Assembly: GCF_002113885.1 (NCBI RefSeq)
Contig: NW_018404550.1
Span: 1,686 to 65,685, forward strand
Source of the DNA: Mizuhopecten yessoensis
Taxonomy: Eukaryota
Direction of reading: 5' to 3'
Length of the DNA: 64,000 nt
Every line of letters starts with the position of its first letter. The stretch's first letter is position 1. Under the pieces are notes generated by a model. That model ran no database searches and was not told the origin of the DNA. It saw only the letters and a list, made by a program, of their open reading frames with translations. Both the position numbers and the translations under genes were made by a program. Shown in pieces: positions 35,328 to 48,698 of the stretch.

Positions 35328-35387
35328 TCTATGTGACATTTCGATGACTAGTACGATATGTACACTGTCACCTTCATCAGACAAATG
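35328..35387 (-). ncRNA. Minimal type I hammerhead-ribozyme-like motif (Penelope-type)
   Basis: Minus strand reads UGU-CUGAUGA-A-GGUGAC...GUCAUC-GAAA-UGUC-ACA: core boxes, stem II and a short stem I are present. Confidence 0.55.
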
Positions 35388-35431
35388 ACCAGTGTGACAA
35401 TGACACCTTTGTGTGCATACGCTTCACTGGG

Positions 35432-35490
35432 CATTTGTCTGATTAAGGGGACCGTGTACATATCGTACTAGTCATCGAAACGTCACATAG
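35432..35490 (+). ncRNA. Minimal hammerhead-like motif, second copy (core mutated to CUGAUUA)
   Basis: UGU-CUGAUUA-A-GGGGAC...GUCAUC-GAAACGUC-ACA, with a palindromic ACGU stem III. Confidence 0.45.
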
Positions 35491-36719
35491 AAAACATTAT
35501 TGGTTGTGTAAAAAGAACTTTTCATAATTAAAACTTACAAACCCGAAGTATAGAGATGCTGATAACGTTACCAACCAATGGAGTTAGAGATTGCAAGTTA
35601 ACAGTAAAAAAACGAGGCTGATGATTTTTGTAATGTGTGTGCAAAGTTCATGAAACACACACAACGCGCGTCATATGTGACTCATTTTACAAAGACATGA
35701 ACACCCGCAATACATCAGATTTGGCCGAGACATCCGAGAGGAACGTGTATTACCTAGCTGCTACTTAGCACTGAGTAAGACACTCGAGAAATAAATGAAA
35801 TAAAAGGTTTGAACTTAAATCATCAACTCGTAATTTTTTTATATTGTTCTGATGTTCCATGTATCTGTCGTCTCATGTTTAAGGAATAGAACTCCGGGAC
35901 TGGGAATGCCTAAAGAATTAGTCGTGCTCGGAGAAACCTGCAGAAACTTGCTTATTGCTCGGAGAAACCTGCAGAAACATGATTATTGCTCGGAGAAAAC
36001 TGCAGAAACTTTTTTATCCCGACATTTCAAACTTCAAATCTGTTAGTTAACCAAAACGAAACGCACAGTTATTTCCGAAAAGCAAAAATAACAAACCACA
36101 AGAATTGTATATTTTCACTATTTTCTATCCAAGTCTCGTGATCGATCACAAGGAAGGCTCAGGTCAATACCAGCTTCGCCAACTCATCACATGATTGGCT
36201 ATGTAATTTCCGCGATGAAGCTTGGGAAACGGTCTAGGGAGCTAGTCTGTAAGGCAGGTTTAGTTTTTGGAATGATACACAGTTGATAAAGGACTAACTC
36301 CATAAAGAGCGAAGTATGTAAGATAGTCTTGTTGTACTGGATAAGTACCCGTATATGTTCGCCGTTATATAGGCAACTTCCCTTGAGGTTAAGCGTTTTC
36401 AGGTTTGTTCGTCATTTTGCATGATTTAGTTTGTTAATTGTCTTGTAAAAACATTATAAAACCCGAGCCCTATTTCATTTGACCTCTCTTTGTCACCATT
36501 ATCAAGACATTTTGGTTACCGGTTTACACATTTTGTTACAGAAAGGTGTTTTGTGGCTTGTACTTGTACATGAAGAGTACACTAGCAAATGTTACAAGTT
36601 CAGGTATTCTTGAAATATGAGGCGGAGTTCAAACCAACCAGTGGGATAAAAGCTTTGTAAATCAAGAGATCTAACATTTAAACGGTTTTTTCTCGGTCTC
36701 TTCACAGACGGCACGATAT

Positions 36720-38575
36720 AATTAATAATAAAACTTTATTTATTGAGGATACAAAACCTGTTTAGCAAAGCTAATCTTCCACAGGGTCCTCTGTTAGTAA
36801 AATTGGTTAGTTAAAAGACAAAGTAGTATCACATCAAATAAATGTACATAAAATAATTGTTGGTCTACTAAAACAGCAATTCATATCACAGTTATTTCAT
36901 AATTTAAACGGTCGTTCAATACAATTACAATAAAATTATCACAGAAGCACGAAATATATTCCGTGCTTAACCCATTATGGTTTTCATTAAAAGACAAATT
37001 GTCTAATTTACATATATGCTAATGTAGCAAAAGCTAAAAATTGACAGAATACACGCTAATATAGCGAAAATAAAACAAATCAAAGCTGTATCTAAAAAGT
37101 ATAATAGTAAAAATAAAAGACAATTAAACCGCATTCTTAATGTTACCAATCATATTTTGTTTGAGTTTTGTCAAGGAGGAAGAGAGTCTTACTTCAACCG
37201 GTAAATTATTCCAAATCTGGCTCCCTTGTACCAAAAAGTGTTTGGAATAAAATGTGGTACGGTGTTTGGGTACCTTGACAGAGTTTTGGGATGCTGATCT
37301 AGTATATCTGTTGTTAGACAAATTAAATTGATTAGAAAGATATCCTGGAACTAGATTATTTATACATTTGTACACCATAACACCTCTTTTGAATTTCAAA
37401 TATTCGCCAATTGGTAACCACCCTAATGAAGAAAACATTTCTACTGATGGTGTATCAAATGGAGCATCCAACAGTAATCTTGCAGCTTGTTTCTGCGCTT
37501 TTGACAGTTTTTGTAGAAGATTTAAAGAGCATCCGCTCCATACTGTGCTACTGTACATGAAGTGGGGAAAAATACATGCATGAAAAAATTTAAGTCTAGC
37601 TGAAAGTGGTAAATATTGACGGATGCGTCGAAGTAAACCCAAACCACTGTTAATCTTTGAAACAACAGATGCTATGTGATCTAACCAAGATAAACTGTTG
37701 TCAATTTTTACACCAAGAAGTTTTTCACTCTTTACTTGTTCAATACATTCCTGATCTAATATTAGGCTTAGAGCATCATCTATTCTGTTAAGTTTCTGTT
37801 TTGTGGCAATAACCATACATTTCGTTTTATTCCTATTTAGAATCATTTTATTCTCATTACACCAGTCTTGGACTTTAATCAGATCAGCTTGTAACTCATC
37901 CTGTACAATAGAAATAGAACTTCCAGATGCACTCAGAGTCGAGTCATCAGCATACATATCTGTACCTGATTTTAGCCCAAGAGGTAAATCATTGATAAAA
38001 ATAAGAAACATCAGGGGACCTATTATGGAACCCTGTGGAACACCATGAGTAATTTGATTACTTTTAGAAATATGATTAGATACTGTAACTTTTTGAAACC
38101 GGTGAGAGAGATAAGATTGAAACCAGCTCAAAGATAATTTGTCACATTGATATATGGCTAACTTTTGAATTAAAACCTCATGATCTACCATGTCAAAGGC
38201 TTTTTTAAAATCTATAAAAATAACACCATTGACATTTCCTTTGTCAATTTCCTTTGCCCACTTATTAACAATACTGAGTAAGGCAGTCTCGCAAGAATGA
38301 TGCTTACGGAACCCTGACTGTGAGGAAACAAGAAGATTATGTTCATTAATATACTTATAAAAACTATTATGAATATGTCTTTCTAAATTTTTTGATAAAA
38401 CTGGTAAAATAGACACTGGTCTATAATTAGAAATGTCAGTCATTGCTCCACCTTTATGAAGAGGAATAACTTTTGAAATTTTCCACTGACTTGGAAATTT
38501 ACCTGTGGTGACACTCAAATTTAATATATATGTCAGTGAAGATGAAATTTGATTTGCGTTGTACTTGAACATATT
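36720..38575 (-). mobile_element. 5'-truncated CR1/L2-group LINE with an uninterrupted RT ORF (37124-38572)
   Basis: NYRPVSIL, QSGFR, DFKKAFD, GVPQGS..GP, YADD and LLGV motifs; no endonuclease domain. 3' UTR ends in AATAAA plus a (TTA)-type tail near 36720. Confidence 0.92.
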
Positions 38576-39825
38576 TATACATGTTTGTTAAGAGCATTCA
38601 AAACACGTTTTAATTCTGTTCATAAAACTGTATTTAACAGAATAAGTTCAACGATTACCTAAAGTATGAAAAAAATCATTATTTTCCATACTAAAATATG
38701 TATGCAGTTTTTGTTATGAAGCTTGCTCGAGAGCGTGTAATGCGATCCCTTCTTTTCTTTCAGGTGTCGCTGTATGAATGACAAACGACGCTGGGCAAAT
38801 AAATTGTCGTAGTCTCCGGTCTTCCCACACTTTTAAGCTGGGAGCGACTGATCGAGAAGGTGGACCACGTCGTCAGAGGTACTCTCGTTAAACTCTCGCG
38901 AAAACAGGACTGTACCAAAGGTAAGGAATGGGGAAGGGACAGTAAAATGATGCAATTCTGTCAAATTGTGTACAGCTACACCTCTGATTATGTTGGATTG
39001 GGAGGTTCGCTTACAAAAAGAAACGCGCTCCGGTATTTTACTTGAGAAACGATTCATCACATAAAAGATTATTTAAAAATCTGAGTGAATTAACAATTAT
39101 TAAGAAGTTAATCACTTAAAACACACAAAACCAAAATAATATTTTCGGCTAGTATATTATCGGTTTATATGAATTAATACAGATTTCAGTGTAATAAAGA
39201 CACATTCCTTTTTTCTAAACAATTAATTCGTACGCCTGTTATGCTAAACCTCGTGGGAATATTAAATCATGCAAAACTCTAAACTTGATAACAGTATATA
39301 ATTTTGTTAAGAAAAAGAAAAAAGTTTGTTGTATTGTTACATGTATAAAGACAGTTTCACCAGAAATTGCTGTACATTCTGTGTTTAGTTATGTGTCTAG
39401 ATTACCAAGTCGTATCTGATAAGTGTAATGGGTTACATGTCTGATGTATGCGACACTAAAACGACCCGCTGACCTAGATTTAATGTGTGTCTTCTAAAAC
39501 ATGACAACATTCTTCAAATTCATGTTATATTTAGTATAGTCTAATAAACACTACTCCAAAAAAAGCTGAGTACATAACATTTAAAGCGAACCCATTTCGT
39601 CTCCTCATTCGGAAACTGGTTATGATTTTATTTGCATAACAAAACGCGGCGCATGAGTAAATTACCAAGCGAATGAAAACATCAACAATCAAATAGATTT
39701 AAGAAGTAGAAATTTATCGAAATCAGCTCATTTCCTATAACAAAAAAATATACTTTGTACAAAAACAATAATAATTCAAAACAATCCGTTGTTTTCAGTG
39801 CTGTGTCTTTGAAACTGGACCAAAG

Positions 39826-40034
39826 ATGGAGGAACAGTCTAAGTCTCATCTGTCGACGGTCGCTATGGCAATTTTCGTCCGACTTCTTCTCATTTTCCAC
39901 ACCGTATTGGCCACGTGGCGAGTGACCCTAGCCTGGAACAACCCTCAGTTCTGGCTAATGTGTCTGGGAGTGGTGCTAGTTGCCCTAGAAGGATACATCA
40001 CCATCCGAGTCAACAAGGGTATCGAGTGGAAGTG
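39826..40034 (+). CDS. TMEM26: TMEM26 homologue, coding exon 1
   Basis: AIFVRLLLIFHTVLATWRVT...FWL...LEG...KG.EWKW matches the TMEM26 N-terminus. Phase-2 donor TG|GTAAGG at 40035. Confidence 0.88.
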
Positions 40035-40202
40035 GTAAGGTCACAGTTTAAGCATACATGTACATAACTCTGCCTTTGCCACCTTTAATGACTTAAGAAT
40101 GTGTAACGTAAAGGAATTAAACATATTCGGTACCTATAACAACTTAAAAAAGAACTAATAGGAGTACAGCCATTATTCTTATTTGTACCCGGTCTGTTTC
40201 AG

Positions 40203-40869
40203 GTTGTGTCCATGTTTTGCCATCTACCTAGTCATAACGTTACCTTCCATATGGCTGCTGGAGATCTCACAAATGAACAAATACATGGAAAGTCAGACAG
40301 GAGCCGCTACTACTGCCAATGCCACATTGGCCCCTACCACTGTCCAGACAGTGACCAGTGATGTGACCAGAACAATGACCACAGCTTTGGCCGCAAATGG
40401 CAGTAACGTGAGCGCCACTATGGCAACTACGGCTTCCAACATCTCGGATATTCTGAACGATATTATAGCAACTACAACTTCTAATATCTCGGACATTGTC
40501 AACGTTAGCATGGCAACTACTACTTCGAATATCTCGGACATTGTCAACGTTACCATGGCAACTACTGCTTCTGTTATCTCGGGCACTGTCAACGTTACCA
40601 TGGCAACTGCTACTTCTAATATTTCGGACATTCTAAACGTTACCATGGCAACTACTGCTTCTGATATCTCGGACATTGTCAACGTTACCATGGCAACTAC
40701 TACTTCTAATATTTCGGACATTCTAAACGTTACCATGGCAACTACTGCTTCCAACATATCAGACATTGTGAACGCTACCATAGAAACTACCATTATCAAT
40801 GCTATTGAGATGTTAACCAACAACACGACTGATCTGATGACGTCTACAGTCCCTATGACAACTACAACG
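40203..40869 (+). CDS. TMEM26: TMEM26 homologue, coding exon 2 (TM segment plus Thr/Asn-rich repeat loop)
   Basis: TTTCAG|G completes the Trp codon. LCPCFAIYLVITLPSIWLLE resembles TMEM26 [20 protein letters not shown]. Phase-0 donor ACG|GTAATC at 40870. Confidence 0.8.
40404..40790 (+). repeat. Coding 45-bp / 15-aa tandem repeat (NVTMATTASNISDIV) x8+
   Basis: In-frame repeat within exon 2. Confidence 0.9.
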
Positions 40870-41085
40870 GTAATCATTAATCTGCAACATCGGCTATCTA
40901 TTATGATAGTTTTGTGTGTTCATATATTATGATTTGTATGTTGGTTTGTAGCTCGAATTAAGTATTTAGATAGATAGTATTGAATACATAAATTCATATA
41001 TTTCCTTCAACTACTAACCATCGAGGAAAATGTTACATAAAAAGAATTTGGTGTTTTACTGGTGAGTTTATCAGCGGACATTGTC

Positions 41086-44000
41086 AGTGTGACATACAGC
41101 AATATCTCCCTACTCGACGGGTAACATACAGCTATATCTCCCTATTCGACGGGTAACATACAGCTATATCTCCCTACTCGACATGTGACGTACATCTATA
41201 TCTCCCTACTCTTTGTGTCTTCACTGGGCATTTGTCTGATTAAGGGGACCGTGTATCGAAATCAGCTCATTTCCTATAACATGACATACTGCTGTATTTC
41301 CCTATCTCCCTATTCGACGGGTAACATACAGCTATATCTCCCTATTCGACGGGGAACATACAGCTATATCTCCCTACTCGATGTGTGACATACAGATATA
41401 TCTCCCTACTCTTTGTGTGACATACAGCTATATCTCCCTACTCTATGTGTGACATACAGCTGTATCTCCCTACTCTATGTGTGACATACAGCTTCATCTC
41501 CCTACTCTGTGTGACAGACAGCTGTATCTCCCTACTCTGTGTGACATACAGCTATAAATCCTTACTCGATGTGTGACATACAGCTATATCTCTCAACTAT
41601 GTGTGACATACAGTTGTATTTCCCTACTGGATGGGTGACATACAGCTATATCTCCCTACTCTATGTGTGAAATACAGCTGTATCTCCCTACTCGATGTGT
41701 GACATACAGCTATATCTCCCTACTCGATGTGTGATATACAGCTCTATATCCCTACTCGATGTGTGACATACAGCTATAAATCCTTACTCGATGTGTGACA
41801 TATAGCTATATCTCCCTACTCGACGTGTGACATACATCTCTATCTCCCTACTCGATGTGTGACATACAGATATATCTCCCTACTCGTCGTGTGACATAAA
41901 GCTATATTTCCCTACTCGATGGGACATACATCTATATGTCCCTACTCGATGTGTGACATACAGCTATATCATACAGCTATATCTCCCTACTCGACGTGTG
42001 ACATACAGCTCTATCTCCCTACTCGATGTGTGATATACAGCTCTATATCCCTACTCGATGTGTGACATACAGCTATATCTCCCTACTCGACGTGTGACAT
42101 AAAGCTATATTTCCCTACTCGATGTGACATACAGCTATTTCTCCCTACTCTGTGTGACATACAGCTGTATCTCCCTACTCGATGTGTGACATACAGCTAT
42201 ATTTCCCTACTCGATGTGACATACAGCTATATCTCCCTTCTCTTTGTGTGACATACAGCTCTATCTCCATACTCTTTGTGAAATACAGCTATATTTCCGT
42301 ATCCGATGTGTGACATACAGCTATATGTCCCTACTCGATGTGTGACATACCGCTATATCTCCCTACTCTTTGTGACATACAGCGATATCTCCCTACTCTA
42401 TGTGTGACATACAGCTATATCTCTCTACCCTTTGTGTGACATACAGCTATATCTCACTACTCTATGTGTGACATACAACTATATATCCCTACTCGATGTG
42501 TGACATACAGCTGTATCTCCCTACTCTATGTGTGACATACAGCTGTATCTCCCTACTCGATGGGTGACATACAGCTATATCTCCCTACTCGACGTGTGAC
42601 ATAAAGCTATATTTCCCTACTCGATGTGACATACAGCTATATCTCCCTACTCCATGTGTGGCATACAGCTATATTTCCCTACTAGATGTGACATACAGCT
42701 ATATCTACCTACTCTTTTTGTGACATACAGCTCTATCTCCATACTCTTTGTGAAATACAGCTATATTTCCCTATCCGATGTGTGACATACAGCTATATGT
42801 CCCTACTCGATGTGACATACAGCTATATCTCCCTACTCCATGTGTGGCATACAGCGATATTTCCCTACTAGATGTGACATACAGCTATATCTACCTACTC
42901 TTTGTGTGACATACAGCTCTATCTCCATACTCTTTGTGAAATACAGCTATATTTCCCTATCCGATGTGTGACATACAGCTATATGTCCCTACTCGATGTG
43001 ACATACAGCTATATCTCCCTACTCGATGTGTGACATACAGCTATATCTCCCTACTCTATGTGTGACATACAGCGATATCTCCCTATTCGATGGGTGACAA
43101 ACCGATATATATCCCTACTCGATGTGTGAAATACAGTTATCTTTCCCTACTCTATGTGTGACATACAGCTGTATCTCTCTACTCTATGTGTGACATACAG
43201 CTATATCTCCCTCCTCTGTGTGTAACATACAGCTATATCTCCCTACTCTATGTGTGACATACAGCTATATCTCCATACTCTTTGTGTGACCTACAGCTAT
43301 ATCTCCCTACTCGATGTGTGACATACAGCTGTATCTCCCTACTCTTTGTGTGAAATACAGCTGTATCTAACTACTCGATGTGTGAAATACAGCTATATCT
43401 CCCTACTCGATGTGTGACATACAGCTATATCGCCTTACTCGCCATGTGACGTACATCTATATCTTTCTACTCTTTGTGTGAAATACAGCTGTATCTACCT
43501 ACTCGATGTGTGACATACAGCTATATATCCCTACTCTGTGTGACATACAGCTGTATCTCTCTACTCTATGTGTGACATACAGCTATATCTCCCTACTCTA
43601 TGTGTGACATGCAGCTATATCTCCTTACTCTATGTGTGACATACAACTATATATCCCTACTCGATGTGTGACATACCGCTGTATCTCCCTACTCTTTGTG
43701 TGAAATACAGCTGTATCTACCTACTCGATGTGTGACATACAGCTATATCTCCCTACTCTTTGTGACATACAGCGATATTTCCATATTCGATGTGTGACAT
43801 ACAGCTATATCCCCCTACTCTGTGTGACATACAGCTGTATCTCTCTACTCTCTGTGTGACATACTGCTGCAACTCCCTACTCTCTGTGTGACATACAGCT
43901 ATATCTCCCTACTCGATGTGTGACATACATCTCTATATCCCTACTCGATGTGTGACATACAGCTATATCTCAATACTCTTTGTGACATACAGCTATATGT

Positions 44001-46298
44001 CCCTACTCGATGTGTGACATACAGCTATATTTCACTACTCGATGTGACATACAGCTATATCTCCCTACTCTTTGTGACATACAGCGATATTTCCATATTC
44101 GATGTGTGACATGCAACTATATTTCCCTATCCGATGTGTGACATACAGCTATATTTCCCTACTCGATGTGACATACAGCTATATCTCCCTACTCTTTGTG
44201 ACATACAGCTATATTTCCCTATTCGATGTGTGACATACAGCTATATGTCCCTACTCGACGTGTGACACACAGCTATATCTCCCTACTCGATGTTACACAT
44301 ACAGCTATATCTCACTACTCGATGTGACACTGTGTGACATACAGCTATAAATCCCTACCCGATATGTGACATACAGCTAATCTCCATACTCTTTGTGAAA
44401 TACAGCTATATTTCCCTACTAGATGTGACATACAGCTATATCTCTCAACTATGTGTGACATACAGTTGTATTTCCCTACTGGATGGGTGACATACAGCTA
44501 TATCTACCTTCTCTTTGTGTGACATACAGCTATATCTCAATTCTCTTTGTGACATACAGCTATATCTTCCTCCGCGATGTGTGACCTACAGCTATATCTC
44601 CCTACTCTGTGTGACATACAGCTATATGTCCGTGTGACATACAGCTCTATTTTCCTACTCGATGTGACATACAGCTATGTCTCCCTACTGTATGTGTCAC
44701 ATACCTTTCCCTACTCTATGTGTGACATACACCTATATTTTCCTACTCGATGTGTGACATGCAATACAGCTATATCTCCCTATTCGACGGGTAACATACA
44801 GCTATATCTCCCTGCTCTATGTGTGACATACAGCTATAAATCCCTACCCGATATGTGACATACAGCTATAAATCCCTACCCGATATGTGACATACAGCTA
44901 TATGTCCGTGTGACATACAGCTCTATCTCCCTACTCGATGTGTGACACACAGCTTTATGTCCCTACTCGACGTGCGACATACAGCTATATCTCAATCCTC
45001 TTTGTGACATACAGCTATATCTCCCTACTCTGTGTGACATACAGCTGTATCTCCCCACTCGATGTGTGACATACAGCTGTATCTCTCTACTCTATGTGTG
45101 ACATACAGCTATATCTCCCTACTCTTCGTGTGACATACAGCTCAATTTTCCTACTCGATGTGTGACATACAGCTATATCTCCCTACTCTTTGTGTGACAT
45201 ACATCTATATCTCGCTACTCTCTGTGTGACATGCAGCTATATCTCCCTACTCTGTGTGACATACAGCTTTATCTCCCTACTCTATGCGTGACATACAGCT
45301 ATATCTCCCTAATCGATGCGTGACATACAGCTATATCTCCCTAATCGATGTGTGACATACAGCTATATCTCCCTACTCTGTGTGACATACAGCTATATCT
45401 CCCTACTCTGTGCGACATACAGCTATATCTCCCTACTCTATGTGTGACATACAGCTGCACCTCCCTACTCTATGTGTGAAATACAGCTGCATCTCCCTAC
45501 TCTGTGTGACATACAGCTGTATCTCCCTACTCTGTGTGACATACAGCTGTATATCCCTACTCTGTGTGACATACAGTTATAAATCCCTTCTCGATATGTG
45601 ACATACAGCTATATCTCCCTACTCTGTGTGACATACAGCTATATCTCCCTATTCGATGTGTGACATACAGCTCTATATCTTCCTACTCGATGTGTGACAT
45701 GCAGCTATATCTCCCTACTCGATGCGATGTGACATACAGCTATATCTCCCTACTCTGTGTGACACACAGCTATATCTCCCTACTCTGTGTGACACACAGC
45801 TATATCTCCCTATTCGATGTGTGACATATAGCTCTATATCTTCCTACTCGATGTGTGACATGCAGCTATATCTCCCTACTGAATGTGTGACATACAGCTA
45901 TATCTTCCTACTCGATGTGTGACATGCAGCTATATCTCCCTACTCGATGTGACACATACAGCTATATCTCACTACTCGATGTGACACATACAGCTATATC
46001 TTCCTACTCGATGTGTGACCTACAGCTATATCTCCCTACTCTGTTTGCATACAGTTGTATCTCCCTACTCGATGTGACAAATACAGCTGTATCTCACTAC
46101 TCGATGTGTGGCATACAGCTATATCTCCCTGCTCGATGTGTGACATGCAGCTATATCTCCCTACTCGACGTGTGACATACAGCTCTATTTTCCTACTCGA
46201 TGTGTGACACGCAGCTATATCTCCCTACTGAATGAGTGACATACAGCTATATCTCCCTACTCTATGTGTGACATACTGCTGTATTTCCCTACTCGATG
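41086..46298. repeat. 30/32-bp intronic satellite (~165 copies)
   Basis: GTGACATACAGCTATATCTCCCTACTCGATGT units. Confidence 0.97.
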
Positions 46299-47351
46299 TA
46301 GTCTATTATCATACAATGCCATTAAGATATCATCTAACATGAATCTCTATTCTGAACAATACCATGCATACTGTGGATTCAAGTTACTTGTAAACATAAG
46401 GACCGGAAATTACACTGCCTCCTTACTACACATCCAGAGAGGAGTCCACCCCTCGAGTCTCTTATTTACAAACCCCATCTCAATAGCTTTCAGATGAATA
46501 TATCGAATACATACTTGGATTTGTAATAGATTTCTCACAGGAGATTTATAAACTAGACGCACATTGTCAGAATAACAACAGCGGCAGAGTGCAGTTTTAA
46601 ATACTTCTCCTTATGTACACGGGTAGATTGAGGTCAGCTTTTATGTATATTTTTGAGCGGACCGGTAGCTTGATGGGGTACAGTGAATTACGGTGACTGA
46701 ACGGGATAACTTAAATAATGAATTTTGACGGAATTCTCCTAAAGCATGTTATTATGCGATAAAAAAAAAATGTTCATCTCAGAAATTTGAAGTAGGATCT
46801 GAGAGAAAAATATGACTCAACACTCAGGTTTTAAGGACATAAGAAATAAGTATAAGTCTGATGGAGATTTAATACTGCATGTGTATTTTTTCTTTAGCAT
46901 CAGTTTTTGAGGAAAACAATTATGCAACAAAATTAAAACATCGGAAGAAGAGCAATTTCATAAAATTATTCATTAAAGTAAAAATCACCACTGAAACCAA
47001 CTTTCTATCAAAACTTAATACTGCCATTTTGGAAATTAACAACAAAAATGTATAATTCATCAAAATTTGGCAAGTTATCTAAATAAAACTCCTTTTTCTG
47101 AGTTATTACCTTCAGACAGTAGGCTTTGGAACTGATGGCTATATGGAGATCTTTTATCAGTTATGTTCAAAGCAAACACACTCTTATGTTAGTAACGAGA
47201 GTTTCGTTCAGTCCTTCTCATCTATTTTTACATTCATCTTGTAGTATCAGTCGACATGTATGTTCTCTTCTGTAAAATTTAGTTATTGTGATTCAACAAA
47301 GTTTCGTTTGTTTCTTTTTATATTTATGAAGATTTTTTTCTCTTTCATCAG

Positions 47352-48698
47352 TCTGCAGGAATCATAGCCAACATCGAGATCTTACTAGACAGTTTCAACG
47401 CCGACACATGGGTGGTGGTCGTGGAGGAGTCATTGGTATACCTGATTGTGAATGGTCGCTGGCTCTTACCCAGGGGCAGGGTAACCCGGGAGGAACTTTC
47501 GGATCTCCTCTTCGATTACTTAGCAATGGCATCAGATATCATGGAGTTATTTGCGTTATTCGACGAGGATTCAATCCGAGGAAACCCGATGATAACATAC
47601 GCTATCTTAGCAATTTGGTCCGTTAGCTTTATCCAGTTTATACCTGTTGTGATGAACAGGCGAGCGGTCAACTCGTTCAGAAAACATACACAAGATGAGA
47701 AAGACAAAAGCAATTGCTGTGTTTGTGCCGGGTGTGGGAACTCGTTCCCAGATATTTTCGTCACTATAGCCGGGCTGTTTTTACAAGACGGACCATTTTT
47801 GGCCCTCCGGCTGTTTATAATCTTTTATCTACAATTGCTTACATACAGTCTAGTGTTTTTCGTGCTCAAGAACACAATAGTCGTACTTCTGCTGACTTAC
47901 CGTCTGGGTATTCTGTGTTTCAATTTGCCATGTTGCTCAAGGCGAGATGCTACAAAGGAATGCATGGAGGAGCTAGACATGGACGATCCGTTTGATTTCG
48001 GTTCGAGTGAAGATATTCTTAAGAAGAATGACTTGTATACGAGTGACCAAGGTATCATAAACAGCGACTACCACGACCAGTCAGTGTTCGGGGAGAGTTA
48101 TTATCGTGATCATAACAAAGCTAAGAACGATAAGCCTCAAAATGGACATAGGCGCGGCGTTAGCATTGGAGAAGCCTCGGTCAGTGGGAATCCGGTTAAT
48201 GGTCTTGGCGTTCGCAACGGAAACCTTCCAGTTAATATACGTAGTTTAAGCAATAGTGGTTATCCAGTTCACGGTCGCGAATTTAGCAGAAGTGACCCAA
48301 GACCCAATGATCACAGCAGTTCTAACTCTAGACTTCCGGTGAAAACCCATCAATACAAAAGACCAGACAGCACTGCTAGTTTCAATGCGCCTGTCAGGGA
48401 CGCTTCGCCCAGTGATCGTGTCTCCATTGGTAACGGGCGTTCCACCCCAACGAACTCCCTCATTAGTAAAAGACCTAATTTTGTAAACACTGATCACGTA
48501 GTAGGCTATCAAGAAAACATAGTTCGGGCAAGATCGATTGATTTCAGTTCTCCAGACGTTGGATCTCTGGTCGAAAACGTTGTCTATTTTGAAAACAATG
48601 ATATATCAGAAAAAAGAATTGAACCGGAATCGAAACGTTTACGGACAGTGATTCGGATAGGATATGATGACGCGGCACTGAGGGGTGTAAAACTGTAA
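47352..48698 (+). CDS. TMEM26: TMEM26 homologue, coding exon 3 (spliced product ~740 aa, long disordered C-tail)
   Basis: Phase-0 acceptor CATCAG| at 47351. GRWLLP.G.VTREELSDLL, ASDIME, YAILAIWSVSFIQF, LQDGPFLALRL and LVFFVLKN...YRL are hallmark TMEM26 motifs. Confidence 0.92.
   Translation, partial: SAGIIANIEILLDSFNADTWVVVVEESLVYLIVNGRWLLPRGRVTREELSDLLFDYLAMASDIMELFALFDEDSIRGNPMITYAILAIWSVSFIQFIPVVMNRRAVNSFRKHTQDEKDKSNCCVCAGCGNSFPDIFVTIAGLFLQDGPFLALRLFIIFYLQLLTYSLVFFVLKNTIVVLLLTYRLGILCFNLPCCSRRDATKECMEELDMDDPFDFGSSEDILKKNDLYTSDQGIINSDYHDQSVFGESYYRDHNKAKNDKPQNGHRRGVSIGEASVSGNPVNGLGVRNGNLPVNIRSLSNSGYPVHGREFSRSDPRPNDHSSSNSRLPVKTHQYKRPDSTASFNAPVRDASPSDRVSIGNGRSTPTNSLISKRPNFVNTDHVVGYQENIVRARSIDFSSPDVGSLVENVVYFENNDISEKRIEPESKRLRTVIRIGYDDAALRGVKL

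Larger units (their letters stand above)
35284..35535. repeat. Long palindrome: 111-bp arms with a 30-nt spacer
   Basis: 35284-35394 is the near-perfect reverse complement of 35425-35535. Confidence 0.93.

Noticed and set aside
44577-46497. Cys/Tyr-rich short ORFs
   Set aside because: Translations of the 30/32-bp satellite.
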